Positions 1 through 9,227 of a DNA stretch of 64,000 nucleotides are shown here, in pieces (position 1 is the stretch's first letter; every line of letters begins with the position of its first letter). Made by a program: the position numbers and the translations under genes. The notes beneath the pieces were generated by a model. It had not been told where the DNA came from. It did not search any database and saw nothing but the letters and a program-made list of their open reading frames with translations. The DNA is from Candidatus Tayloriibacteriota bacterium. GTDB taxonomy: Bacteria; Patescibacteriota; Minisyncoccia; Phycocordibacterales; PALSA-1337. The DNA is taken from NCBI GenBank assembly GCA_903893855.1, contig CAITNV010000054.1:32562-96561 (forward strand), given 5' to 3'.

Positions 1-665
1 TAGAAGAGATACTCTACCCTGCTATGGAATCAGGCAAGCTTGATATTATTATCGGCAAAGGGCCATCTGCTCGAACAATACAGTTAGACCTTCCGCAATT
101 CACACTCATCGCCGCAACGACAAGAATTGCGATGATTTCTTCGCCATTGCGATCGCGCTTCTCTGGAGGAGTCTTTAAGCTTGAGTTTTATAGTGAGGAT
201 GAGATACGCGAGATCATCGAACGATCGGCAAAAATCCTCGATATCGATATTGATGCTGATGCAGCACAAGAAATCGCTCGCCGAAGCCGATTTACCCCAA
301 GAACTGCCAATTATTTCCTAAAAAGATGCAGAGATTTCGCTGAAGTTCATGAAGAAGTAGTAGGTAAATCACGCCTTACTAAAAAGAGCGTTGAGAGGGC
401 ACTTGAAATGCTCGGTGTAGATGTCTTGGGGCTTAATAATGCTGACCGAAGCATACTAAAAGTGATGATTGATAAATTTGGTGGTGGCCCAGTAGGCCTC
501 AATACCCTTGGTGCCGCCCTTTCAGAAGAACAAGCCACGATTGAAGACGTCTATGAGCCGTATCTGATTCAACTTGGCCTACTTGAGCGTACTCCACGCG
601 GTAGATCTGTGACGGAGAAGGCATACGCACATCTCGATATGAAAAATTCTGGAAAGTTGGTATAG
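1..665 (+). CDS. ruvB: Holliday junction helicase RuvB (5'-truncated by window edge)
   Basis: Frame is open from base 3 (EEILYPAME). Motifs [33 protein letters not shown]. Confidence 0.97.
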   Translation, partial: EEILYPAMESGKLDIIIGKGPSARTIQLDLPQFTLIAATTRIAMISSPLRSRFSGGVFKLEFYSEDEIREIIERSAKILDIDIDADAAQEIARRSRFTPRTANYFLKRCRDFAEVHEEVVGKSRLTKKSVERALEMLGVDVLGLNNADRSILKVMIDKFGGGPVGLNTLGAALSEEQATIEDVYEPYLIQLGLLERTPRGRSVTEKAYAHLDMKNSGKLV

Positions 666-751
666 TGGGAATGTTACAGATAAATATTGAATAGTTAGTA
701 GGTGCGCACGCCTTCATCTGTATACACATTTAAAAAATAATATATAAAGCT

Positions 752-1282
752 ATGTCAGGACATAATAAATTTTCAAAAATTAAGCATCAGAAAGCGAAAA
801 CCGATGCACAAAAGAGCAAGGTTTTCGCAAAAATGGTGAAGCTTATCTCTGCCGAGGCAAAGAAAGCTGGTGGTAATCTACGATCCCCAGGACTTGCAAC
901 AGCAATTGAAAAGGCGAAAAAAGAAAACATGCCGAATGACACTATCGATCGTGCAGTAAAGAAGGCTACTTCCGATAATAGCGCAGCGATGGAAGCTATA
1001 ACATATGAGACATACGGTCCGGGGGGTGTTGCTATTGTTATTGATACCCTTACCGATAACCGCAACAAAGCGGCACAAGAGATAAAGCATATCCTTACGC
1101 TGCACGGTGCTGAACTCGCAGCTCCCGGTAGTGCGTCATGGGCATTTACCAAATCACACGAGGGCTGGGTAGCACAGACGACTATCCCTCTTGAAGATGC
1201 AGATATAGCCACGCTTGGCGCTCTTGTTGAAGCACTTGAAGAGAACGATGAAGTTCAAGACGTATTTACGAATGCAGAATAA
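752..1282 (+). CDS. yebC: YebC/PmpR family protein, short form
   Basis: MSGHNKFSKIKHQK, YETYGPGGVA, LTDNRN, DEVQDVFTN; lies between ruvB and ruvC. Confidence 0.95.
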   Translation: MSGHNKFSKIKHQKAKTDAQKSKVFAKMVKLISAEAKKAGGNLRSPGLATAIEKAKKENMPNDTIDRAVKKATSDNSAAMEAITYETYGPGGVAIVIDTLTDNRNKAAQEIKHILTLHGAELAAPGSASWAFTKSHEGWVAQTTIPLEDADIATLGALVEALEENDEVQDVFTNAE

Positions 1283-1760
1283 AACAATAAAAATTCTTGG
1301 TATCGACCCTGGATATGGCAGATTAGGTATTGCAGTTATAGAAAAGAACGGCTCTCACAATAAAGAAACACTACTTCATTCCGAGTGTTTTACAACCGAA
1401 GGTGACATTTATGATAGATTGACGGAAATTGGCTCTCGTATTAAGGCCACTATCGAGCAATACAAACCTGATATCCTCGCAATGGAGACACTTTTTATAA
1501 CTAAAAATCAAAAAACTGCTATGCACGTCGCTGAAGTTCGTGGAATTATTGCGTACGAAGCGCGACTTCACGGTATGCCCATAACCGAATACTCCCCTCC
1601 CCAAATAAAAGCTGCTGTTACAGGAAATGGCGCTAGTGATAAGAGTTCTATTATAAAAATGGTTCCTTTGCTTATCAAAATCGATGCGACCACAAAGCGC
1701 CACGACGATGAATATGATGCGATAGCAGTGGCTCTTACATGCAGTGCACACCATAGGTAA
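1272..1760 (+). CDS. ruvC: Holliday junction resolvase RuvC
   Basis: ILGIDPG, E-x-LF, IKAAVTGNG, DDEYDAIAVA; ATG at 1272. Confidence 0.95.
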   Translation: MQNKTIKILGIDPGYGRLGIAVIEKNGSHNKETLLHSECFTTEGDIYDRLTEIGSRIKATIEQYKPDILAMETLFITKNQKTAMHVAEVRGIIAYEARLHGMPITEYSPPQIKAAVTGNGASDKSSIIKMVPLLIKIDATTKRHDDEYDAIAVALTCSAHHR

Positions 1761-1857
1761 TAAATAAAAATGAAATGAATTAGTTTTCCACAGTTGTAAG
1801 GATTTGCAAAAAAAATTGCGTTTTGTTACAAATATGAAATCATAAAAAATATATAGT

Positions 1858-2031
1858 ATGCCAAAAACAAAAGCACTACCAAAAGAAGAAGAATTAGAGG
1901 ACGATGAACCAATAAAGGTCCCGGCTGGTGACATTGAGGAAGAAGAGCTCGGCAACGTCGAAGAATCAGAAGATGACGGCATGATGGATGCTGAGGACGT
2001 AAACCCATTTGGGGATCGCTGGGAAGAATAG
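1858..2031 (+). CDS. Small, highly acidic hypothetical protein (57 aa)
   Basis: Translated by hand: MPKTKALPKEEELEDDEPIKVPAGDIEEEELGNVEESEDDGMMDAEDVNPFGDRWEE. It fills the ruvC-PBP gap and is below the ORF-track size cutoff. Confidence 0.8.
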   Translation: MPKTKALPKEEELEDDEPIKVPAGDIEEEELGNVEESEDDGMMDAEDVNPFGDRWEE

Positions 2032-2093
2032 TTCCGCATTTTTTATATAATTGCGGTGTCCAGCAAGGACTAAATATGATAGAATTTTAAAAT

Positions 2094-4715
2094 ATGTTCT
2101 CATCATATCGAAACTCTAAAAGATGGTGGCACGCTCTCGCAAAGAAACACTGGTATATACGACACCTAAAAGCTGCTGTATTATCAGTGTTTTCTGTTTT
2201 TTTTATCGCTGGGGGGATCTTTTCAATATGGATATCGAGACTTCAGCTACCTGATTTGAGTGCTTTTAATGCAATTCAAGTCCCTCAATCAACAAAAATA
2301 TACGATCGAACGGGCAAAGTTTTACTTTATGACATTCACGAGGATGTCAAAAGAACGGTTGTTCCACTAACCGCAATATCAACCGACATTCAGAATGCGA
2401 CGATTGCAGTAGAAGATAGTGATTTTTATACCAATATGGGGATAAAACCTCTCTCGATTCTTCGATCTGCAGTTGTAGACCTTTTTACTGGTAGTTATGA
2501 CCAAGGTGGTTCGACGATTACCCAGCAAGTTATAAAAAACTCCCTCCTCACACAAGACAAGACTATTAGCCGTAAGATTAAAGAGTGGGTATTAGCTGTT
2601 AAACTAGCCCGCGCAGTTCCAAAACCAGATGTATTAGCAACATATCTTAATGAGACAGGATATGGAGGTAATATTTATGGTGTAGAAGAAGCAACCAAAG
2701 TATTCTTTGGAAAAGATGCGAGCGATGTCGATCTTGCTGAAGCTGCGTATATTGCTGCTCTTCCCCAAGCTCCGAGCTTCTATTCTCCATATGGATCGAA
2801 CAAAGCTGGCCTCGACTCTCGGCAAAAGTTCGTACTCCAAAGAATGCTTGATAATAAATTCATAACCAAGGATCAATACACGAAGGCAATTGCAGAGACA
2901 GTGAATTTTCTTCCGAAAAACACTGGAACATTGCTCGCTCCTCATTTCTCAATGTATGTCCGTAATTATCTTGAAAGTAAATACGGCACCGACACAGTTA
3001 TAAACGGTGGTTTACGAGTAACGACCTCACTTGATTACGATCTCCAACAGAAAATGGAACAGGTTGTGGCGAACTTCTCTCCACAAATTAAATCACAGTT
3101 CGGGGCTACGAATATGGCTATGGTAGCAATCGATCCTACAACAGGCGACATTTTAGCTATGGTTGGATCTGAGAATTATTACCACACACTGAATTCTGGT
3201 AATTTTAATGCGGCGACGGCATATAGACAACCAGGGTCTACCTTTAAGCCTTTTGTATATGCAACTTTATTCGAGAAGGGATACACACCGGACACTGTAC
3301 TTTTTGATACAAAAACAGAATTTTCAACTCTATGTACTGTCGACGGAAAACCAAAAGACCCCTACGCTTCAAGCACTGCCTGCTATTCACCAGTTGAATA
3401 TGATAATAATTACGAAGGTCCTCTATCGATTCGTACGGCTCTAGCCCAATCAAGGAATGTTCCCGCAGTTAAAGCCCTGTATCTCGCAGGTATTGCTGAC
3501 TCAATAAAAACCGCTCAAGATATGGGAATCACGAGCCTCTCTGATTCGAATCGTTATGGTTTAACACTCGTGCTTGGAGGTGGAGAAGTTTCATTGCTTC
3601 AACTAACAAGTGCTTATGGAGTATTTGCGGATGATGGAGTACGAAATGCATACCGATCTGTAATGGAAGTAGATGATAGCTCAGGAAATACACTTGAGAA
3701 ATCAAGCCTGTCTCCAGTTCAAGTAATGCCAATTCAACCTGTACGACAGATTAACAGCATTCTTTCGGATTCGTCTACCGGAGTAAGAATGTCGAGTATT
3801 ACCTCGGTCACCTCTCCGCTTGGACGAACAGTCGCTATTAAAACAGGTACTACCAACGACTATCGTGATGTGTGGGCGGTTGGATATACTCCTAACCTTG
3901 TTGTAGGTGCTTGGGCTGGTAACAATGATGACACACCACTCAATCACAACATCGCTAGCCTTGTTATTACTCCAGTATGGGGAGCATTTATGTCTTTGGC
4001 ACTACCTTCATTCCCCGTACAAAACTTCAAGGTTCCAGACCCTGTGTCTCCAAATTTAAAGCCAGTATTGCGAGGAGTTTGGAAAGGTGGAACTTCTTAC
4101 AAGATAGACAGCTTGTCGGGCAAATTAGCGACAGAATATACTCCACCTTCATTAACTCAAGAGGTAGTACAAAACAATGTCGACAGTATACTTCAATGGG
4201 TTGATAAGAGTAATCCAACAGGACCAATTCCTCTTAATCCAACTGATCCACAGTATCCATATTGGCAATATGGCGTTAGAGATTGGTATACCAATGTATT
4301 TTTACCTGCAAACCCCGGATTTAAAGAAGTCGGAACATCGACAGTAATAAGTGCCCTTATGGCCTCAACGACACTCATTTTACCAGGGATGCCTACGAGC
4401 TATGATGATATTCATGTGCCTGCAAACTTTCCTCAAGTCACTATTACCTACCCCGCATCTAATACAGCTATCGCAGCAAATCAAAAAACGACTGTAGTCT
4501 TTACTGAATCTGGAAAATTTCCGGTACAAAAAACTGATTTATTCATTAACGATCGTTATATCCAGAGCAACATAGGCACACTCAATCAATTCACATTCGT
4601 TCCAAAAGATATTGAGGGGGTAACAATAAACGGAACAAATACCATCAAGCTTGTTGTGTACGACAATATCCTCAATCAAAATTCAACATCTACTGATTTT
4701 ATTGTAAATCAATAA
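2094..4715 (+). CDS. Class A penicillin-binding protein (PBP1A family) with C-terminal beta-rich/Ig-like extension
   Basis: N-terminal TM; transglycosylase motifs EDSDFY, GGSTITQQVIKN, RKIKE; transpeptidase motifs STFK, SRN, KTGT. Confidence 0.93.
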   Translation: MFSSYRNSKRWWHALAKKHWYIRHLKAAVLSVFSVFFIAGGIFSIWISRLQLPDLSAFNAIQVPQSTKIYDRTGKVLLYDIHEDVKRTVVPLTAISTDIQNATIAVEDSDFYTNMGIKPLSILRSAVVDLFTGSYDQGGSTITQQVIKNSLLTQDKTISRKIKEWVLAVKLARAVPKPDVLATYLNETGYGGNIYGVEEATKVFFGKDASDVDLAEAAYIAALPQAPSFYSPYGSNKAGLDSRQKFVLQRMLDNKFITKDQYTKAIAETVNFLPKNTGTLLAPHFSMYVRNYLESKYGTDTVINGGLRVTTSLDYDLQQKMEQVVANFSPQIKSQFGATNMAMVAIDPTTGDILAMVGSENYYHTLNSGNFNAATAYRQPGSTFKPFVYATLFEKGYTPDTVLFDTKTEFSTLCTVDGKPKDPYASSTACYSPVEYDNNYEGPLSIRTALAQSRNVPAVKALYLAGIADSIKTAQDMGITSLSDSNRYGLTLVLGGGEVSLLQLTSAYGVFADDGVRNAYRSVMEVDDSSGNTLEKSSLSPVQVMPIQPVRQINSILSDSSTGVRMSSITSVTSPLGRTVAIKTGTTNDYRDVWAVGYTPNLVVGAWAGNNDDTPLNHNIASLVITPVWGAFMSLALPSFPVQNFKVPDPVSPNLKPVLRGVWKGGTSYKIDSLSGKLATEYTPPSLTQEVVQNNVDSILQWVDKSNPTGPIPLNPTDPQYPYWQYGVRDWYTNVFLPANPGFKEVGTSTVISALMASTTLILPGMPTSYDDIHVPANFPQVTITYPASNTAIAANQKTTVVFTESGKFPVQKTDLFINDRYIQSNIGTLNQFTFVPKDIEGVTINGTNTIKLVVYDNILNQNSTSTDFIVNQ

Positions 4716-4974
4716 TAGTCAAACTAGGATTTTTATCTTTAATAGCTTTTAGAATCGAGGTTTTCTTCATGAAAATCTCGTTTTTAAATATGGCACTGAC
4801 ACGAATTCTAATTATCTTATTTTTTAACTCGACGTCTTTTAGCTCTATTTTAATTGCTTTGGCAATTTGAGGGTTGATATTTGCAAACACAGCATCAATG
4901 ACGCTTTGACGCAATAGCATCTCTTTGAGTGTAGCATTCTTAAATTTCTCAAAAAATGAACCGATATTTAACAT
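4699..4974 (-). CDS. Probable DciA/DUF721-like protein
   Basis: 91 aa immediately downstream of dnaN; IRIRVSAIFKNEIFMKK resembles the DciA KH-like core. Confidence 0.55.
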   Translation of the reverse strand: MLNIGSFFEKFKNATLKEMLLRQSVIDAVFANINPQIAKAIKIELKDVELKNKIIRIRVSAIFKNEIFMKKTSILKAIKDKNPSLTIIDLQ

Positions 4975-4993
4975 ATGTGTCTCTATAATGCGA

Positions 4994-6100
4994 TTAGCGG
5001 TTCATCGGCATCACAAGGTAGGTAAAGCTCGTATCCCCCACTGGGCGTATCACCATTGGACGATTAAGACCGGCCAGACTAAGGCTGAGACTATCAGCGT
5101 CGATAGATTGGAAACAATCTGAGATGTAGCGATAATTAAAGTTGATTTCTACGTCCTCACCAGTAAGAGCGGCGTCTACTTTGTATACAGTCTCTCCGAC
5201 ATCTTTATTTTTGGTCTTAATTTCGAAAATATTATCTTTCGGGTTTATCTTGATATTAACTTGGTTAAATTTATCTGAGAAAATATGTGAAATCTTCAAT
5301 GCATTCATAAGATCCTGCTTTAGAATAATTGCTTCGGTTTTTGTCTCTTTTGGAATAATTTGGCGATAATCAGGGAATGTTCCATCGATCACCCTCGAAA
5401 CGAGGTAAAAGTTTTTATGGATGAATGCGATCTGATTCTTATTAAGCTCAACTGTAACGTCTTCTGTTACACCCTCCAAAATTCGCATTATTTCAGGAAC
5501 ATTCTTAAAAGGTATCAAAATCTGGCCAAAATCATTGTCTTTTTGGAGTTTTACTTTCTTCTCTGCAAGTCGGAATGAGTCTGTGGCCGCGAAAGTAGCA
5601 AAATTATCGCTGTAATATATATAAACACTTGATAATTCAGGCTTAACATCTGAAATTGACGATGAATACCATACGGCTTTTAGACCCTTAATGAAGTCTG
5701 CTGCATTTATAGTAAAGGACTGCCCATCCTGAACGCGAGGAATATTAGGGAATTCCTCATGGGGCATAGTTTTAATGACACTACTGATAGCTGTAGTTTT
5801 AATAACAACATTCTGATCTTGGCTTACAATCGCGATGTTTTTATCATTTGATTTGATACCAGAAACAAAAGAACTGATGATACCTGCTGGAATTGCCGCA
5901 AAACCTTCTTCTTCTACTTTGGCAGGGATAATTACTTCAACACCGAGGTTGAGGTTGGTAGCTTTGATAACAAGAGTGTTATTCTTCTTTGCTTCGAAAA
6001 GTAAACAAGAAAGAACCGGCAGAGTAATATGCTTTCCGGCGATTTTTTCTGCTCGATGAATTCCATCAATTAATTTTTCTTGTATGCATTCTATTTTCAT
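4994..6100 (-). CDS. dnaN: DNA polymerase III beta sliding clamp
   Basis: ATDSFRLAE, SRVIDGTFPDY, INFNYRY, YLVMPM. Confidence 0.98.
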   Translation of the reverse strand: MKIECIQEKLIDGIHRAEKIAGKHITLPVLSCLLFEAKKNNTLVIKATNLNLGVEVIIPAKVEEEGFAAIPAGIISSFVSGIKSNDKNIAIVSQDQNVVIKTTAISSVIKTMPHEEFPNIPRVQDGQSFTINAADFIKGLKAVWYSSSISDVKPELSSVYIYYSDNFATFAATDSFRLAEKKVKLQKDNDFGQILIPFKNVPEIMRILEGVTEDVTVELNKNQIAFIHKNFYLVSRVIDGTFPDYRQIIPKETKTEAIILKQDLMNALKISHIFSDKFNQVNIKINPKDNIFEIKTKNKDVGETVYKVDAALTGEDVEINFNYRYISDCFQSIDADSLSLSLAGLNRPMVIRPVGDTSFTYLVMPMNR

Positions 6101-6341
6101 TTTATTTAATAGATTATTACTATTAGTCCTGTGGATATGGGGATAGATTTTTATTACCCATACATCGCTTCATATTTTACCTATTAGGATTTCCACAACC
6201 TGTGAATAAAATCTGTATAAAAAAATAATATATTTTTTTATAAAAAATTACCCACAAACCGCCAACACTCTTTGAACAACCTATAAACAATCTTTCAACA
6301 AGCTCCCCACAAGCTATCCACAGTCTTATCCACACCTTAAA
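6101..6341. other. Replication origin oriC (dnaA-dnaN part)
   Basis: Consensus DnaA boxes at 6201-6209 and 6326-6334; near-consensus boxes at 6130, 6138, 6189, 6248, 6303 and 6314; DnaA-trio-like NTA repeats at about 6110-6127; AT-rich. Confidence 0.9.
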
Positions 6342-7688
6342 TCAAATCAAAGCGCGGATTTGAGAAAGCTCTTCGGAGAGAATAGGGTTAGATTTTAGAT
6401 CTTCTTTGATCTTTTCACATGAGTGAATGACGGTTGTGTGGTCACGACCACCAAGCTTCTCCCCTATTGATGGGAATGAGATGTTGAAATCCTCACGAAG
6501 GATATACATTATCACCTGTCGAGGTTTAACCACTTCTTTTTTGCGAGTTTTGTCGTAAACGCTATCCTCACTGACATTATAGAAGCTTGCGATTGCGCGA
6601 ATAACGTCCTTCACTGGAGTGTTTTTCTTTGGTTTTGCATTGTTTTTAACCAAATTCTTTATTTCAAGAATGCTCAAGTTTTTTTCTTTTAACTGAGTCT
6701 GGCAAACAATAGTATTAACTACCCCTTCTATCTCACGAATGCTTCCTTCGATGTTTTTCGCAAGATAATCAATAGTCTCTTCGGTCATTTCAATATTTGC
6801 ACTTCGCATTTTAGCCTTAAATATAGCCATTCTAGACTCGTGGTCGGGAGATGGAATGTCTACGATCATACCAGAATTAAAACGGGTCTTAAGTCGATCT
6901 TCGAGTTCATTAATGAAGTTGGGGTGTTTGTCAGCCGAGAAGACAAGCTGTCTGTTGGAATTAACGAAAGTGTTGAATAGATGAAAGAGTTCTTCTTGGA
7001 ATTTCTCTTTGCTTCCGAAGAACTGAATGTCATCCATAATGATCACGTCATATTTTCGATACTTTTCTTTGAACTTCTGTGCAGTATTCGACTGTAAAGA
7101 TGAGAAATATTCAGAACCAAAACGTTCAGATGTAAGGTAAAAGACCTTTTTATCAGGATATTCCTTCTTTATCTGGTTCCCTACTGCTTGGATGAGATGT
7201 GTCTTTCCTCTACCTGAGTCACCATATATAAATAGCGGGTTATATGACATGCCAGGGGCTTTAGATACGGCAAGCGAAGCTGCGTGAGCGAGTTCATTGA
7301 ATGGTCCTACGATGAAGTTTTCGAATGAATAGCGAGGGTTTAGATTGTCATCCTTGTTAATATAGTAATTCTCAAGAGGCATTGATATGGTGGGAGCTGG
7401 ATCCTTCTTCCTCTTCTCATCATTTTTACGTTTATCGTCTTCTTTGACGATGGTATACTCAAGGGCTCGAATGTGTTCATTAAGCTTACGTAGGGCGCGT
7501 AGCGTCTCATTGTGGAACTTACTTGAAAGCCAGTCATAAGCAAACGGGCTAGGCACACCAAGGTGTACTACTCCCTCGTCTATCTTAATAATGTGTGTGC
7601 CCTTAAACCACGTAGAAAAATTGGTTTTAGAAGTCGAATGTTCGACTTCAGCAAGCACACCTTCCCATAAATTCGAGTAATCATTCAT
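6342..7688 (-). CDS. dnaA: Chromosomal replication initiator DnaA
   Basis: YNPLFIYGDSGRGKTHL, DDIQF, FHLFN, GGRDHTTVIH. Confidence 0.99.
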   Translation of the reverse strand: MNDYSNLWEGVLAEVEHSTSKTNFSTWFKGTHIIKIDEGVVHLGVPSPFAYDWLSSKFHNETLRALRKLNEHIRALEYTIVKEDDKRKNDEKRKKDPAPTISMPLENYYINKDDNLNPRYSFENFIVGPFNELAHAASLAVSKAPGMSYNPLFIYGDSGRGKTHLIQAVGNQIKKEYPDKKVFYLTSERFGSEYFSSLQSNTAQKFKEKYRKYDVIIMDDIQFFGSKEKFQEELFHLFNTFVNSNRQLVFSADKHPNFINELEDRLKTRFNSGMIVDIPSPDHESRMAIFKAKMRSANIEMTEETIDYLAKNIEGSIREIEGVVNTIVCQTQLKEKNLSILEIKNLVKNNAKPKKNTPVKDVIRAIASFYNVSEDSVYDKTRKKEVVKPRQVIMYILREDFNISFPSIGEKLGGRDHTTVIHSCEKIKEDLKSNPILSEELSQIRALI

Positions 7689-7714
7689 AGATAAATAATT
7701 TATAAAACAATTAT

Positions 7715-7780
7715 ATACCTGTTTATAAATTTAAAAACTTGTGGAAACAAAATTATCATGTTGATAAGGTGTTTATAAGT
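7715..7780. promoter_or_regulatory. Degenerate DnaA boxes upstream of dnaA
   Basis: TGTTTATAA 7720, TGTGGAAAC 7740, TGTTGATAA 7759, TGTTTATAA 7770. Confidence 0.6.
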
Positions 7781-7854
7781 GAAAAATAATATCCTAACAG
7801 TATTCGGCAGTATTTGTTGCAGAAATGTTGTAATTAAGATATAGTTGTTCCACT

Positions 7855-7989
7855 ATGTCATTTACATACAATCCTAAGAAAAGAAAGCGCGCAAAGTCAC
7901 ACGGTTTTTTGGTCCGAAAGAAGACGACAGCTGGACGAAATGTCCTTAAGCGTCGCCGAGCTAAGGGTCGTAAGAAACTGTCAGTTTAA
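7855..7989 (+). CDS. rpmH: 50S ribosomal protein bL34
   Basis: Translated by hand: [44 protein letters not shown]; divergent from dnaA. Confidence 0.97.
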   Translation: MSFTYNPKKRKRAKSHGFLVRKKTTAGRNVLKRRRAKGRKKLSV

Positions 7990-8026
7990 GCCGTATTTTA
8001 AGGTTTTTGTCCTATAAAATTATTAT

Positions 8027-8386
8027 ATGATTCCAAAAGATAGGAGATTAACTACTAAGCTATTGGATGAAGTAATCAAAACAGGGAGACTATTTCAGTC
8101 CCCTGTTTTGTCCTTGAGGGCTAGTAAGGTCACGTCGGGCAAAACCCGCTTTTCCACAGTTGCTTCAAAGAAGCATTTTAAGACCGCAGTTGAGAGAAAT
8201 AAAATACGCCGACGTCTTTATGTAGCTATCACTCCCCTATTGCCGGTTGTCGATAAAGAGTCTATAGACAATAACCGAACCTTCCACTGTATGATTGTAG
8301 CGAAACCTCAAGTGTTACGGCTTACTAAGGACGAGCTCGCAAAAGCCGTACAAGATATATTATTCGAATCTCGTATCCTGCAATAG
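8027..8386 (+). CDS. rnpA: RNase P protein component
   Basis: AVERNKIRRR (RNR motif); follows rpmH. Confidence 0.93.
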   Translation: MIPKDRRLTTKLLDEVIKTGRLFQSPVLSLRASKVTSGKTRFSTVASKKHFKTAVERNKIRRRLYVAITPLLPVVDKESIDNNRTFHCMIVAKPQVLRLTKDELAKAVQDILFESRILQ

Positions 8387-8432
8387 TTTTATGCACGCTT
8401 GTTAATATTACCCGATAAAGTAAAATAGAGTT

Positions 8433-9206
8433 ATGTTTTCATATTTATACACAACATTTATCTTCGCTCCTCTTTATAACGGTCTAATTGCGCTTTTTGA
8501 TACGATTCCTTGGATTGATGCGGGTATAGCGGTGATACTCTTTACGATAATCGTTCGCCTTATCCTCTTCCCTCTTTCAAAAAGAGCTATTATCGCCCAA
8601 GTTAAGATGCGAGAACTTCAACCTGAGCTCGATAGAATCAAGATCGATTACAAAGACGATCGACAGAAGCAAGGCACGATGATGATGGAAATGTATAAAG
8701 AGAAAGGAATCCATCCTTTTTCGAGCGTTTTGTTGCTTTTTATTCAGTTGCCTATTATTTATGCTCTATATGGAGTATTTATTCATTCAGGCCTCCCTGT
8801 CGTAGATCACACACTTCTTTATTCTTTTATCAGTACACCGGTTATCAACATCCACTTCTTTGGCCTTTTTGATATTACAAAGCCAAGCCTCATTCTTTCT
8901 CTCGGTGCAGCAGTTGCTCAGTACCTACAGCTTGAATTTTCATTGAATGCGATGAAGTCTTCTGCTCCTGCGGCCAAGAATGGTGTTAAATCACAAGCAG
9001 ATATGGCTCAAAGTATGACCAATCAGATGAAATACATATTTCCAGTTGTTATTTTCTTCATCTCATATCGCCTTTCAGGAGTACTCTCACTGTATTGGAT
9101 TACAACAAACCTCTTCACGCTTGTTCAGGAGCTCGTAGTTCGCAAGAAATTAGCTCATAAGAAGACTCACGATGGACGGCCAGCGGTTCCACCAATTAGC
9201 ATTTAA
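8433..9206 (+). CDS. yidC: Membrane protein insertase YidC/Oxa1
   Basis: FTIIVRLILFPL, LQPE, QLPI, LYWITTN. Confidence 0.95.
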   Translation: MFSYLYTTFIFAPLYNGLIALFDTIPWIDAGIAVILFTIIVRLILFPLSKRAIIAQVKMRELQPELDRIKIDYKDDRQKQGTMMMEMYKEKGIHPFSSVLLLFIQLPIIYALYGVFIHSGLPVVDHTLLYSFISTPVINIHFFGLFDITKPSLILSLGAAVAQYLQLEFSLNAMKSSAPAAKNGVKSQADMAQSMTNQMKYIFPVVIFFISYRLSGVLSLYWITTNLFTLVQELVVRKKLAHKKTHDGRPAVPPISI

Positions 9207-9227
9207 TACTATATAGAAGGGTGAAAA

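Noticed and set aside
1371-2039. 222-aa minus-strand Ser-rich ORF
   Set aside because: Antisense shadow of ruvC and the acidic microprotein; the Ser runs mirror GAA codons.
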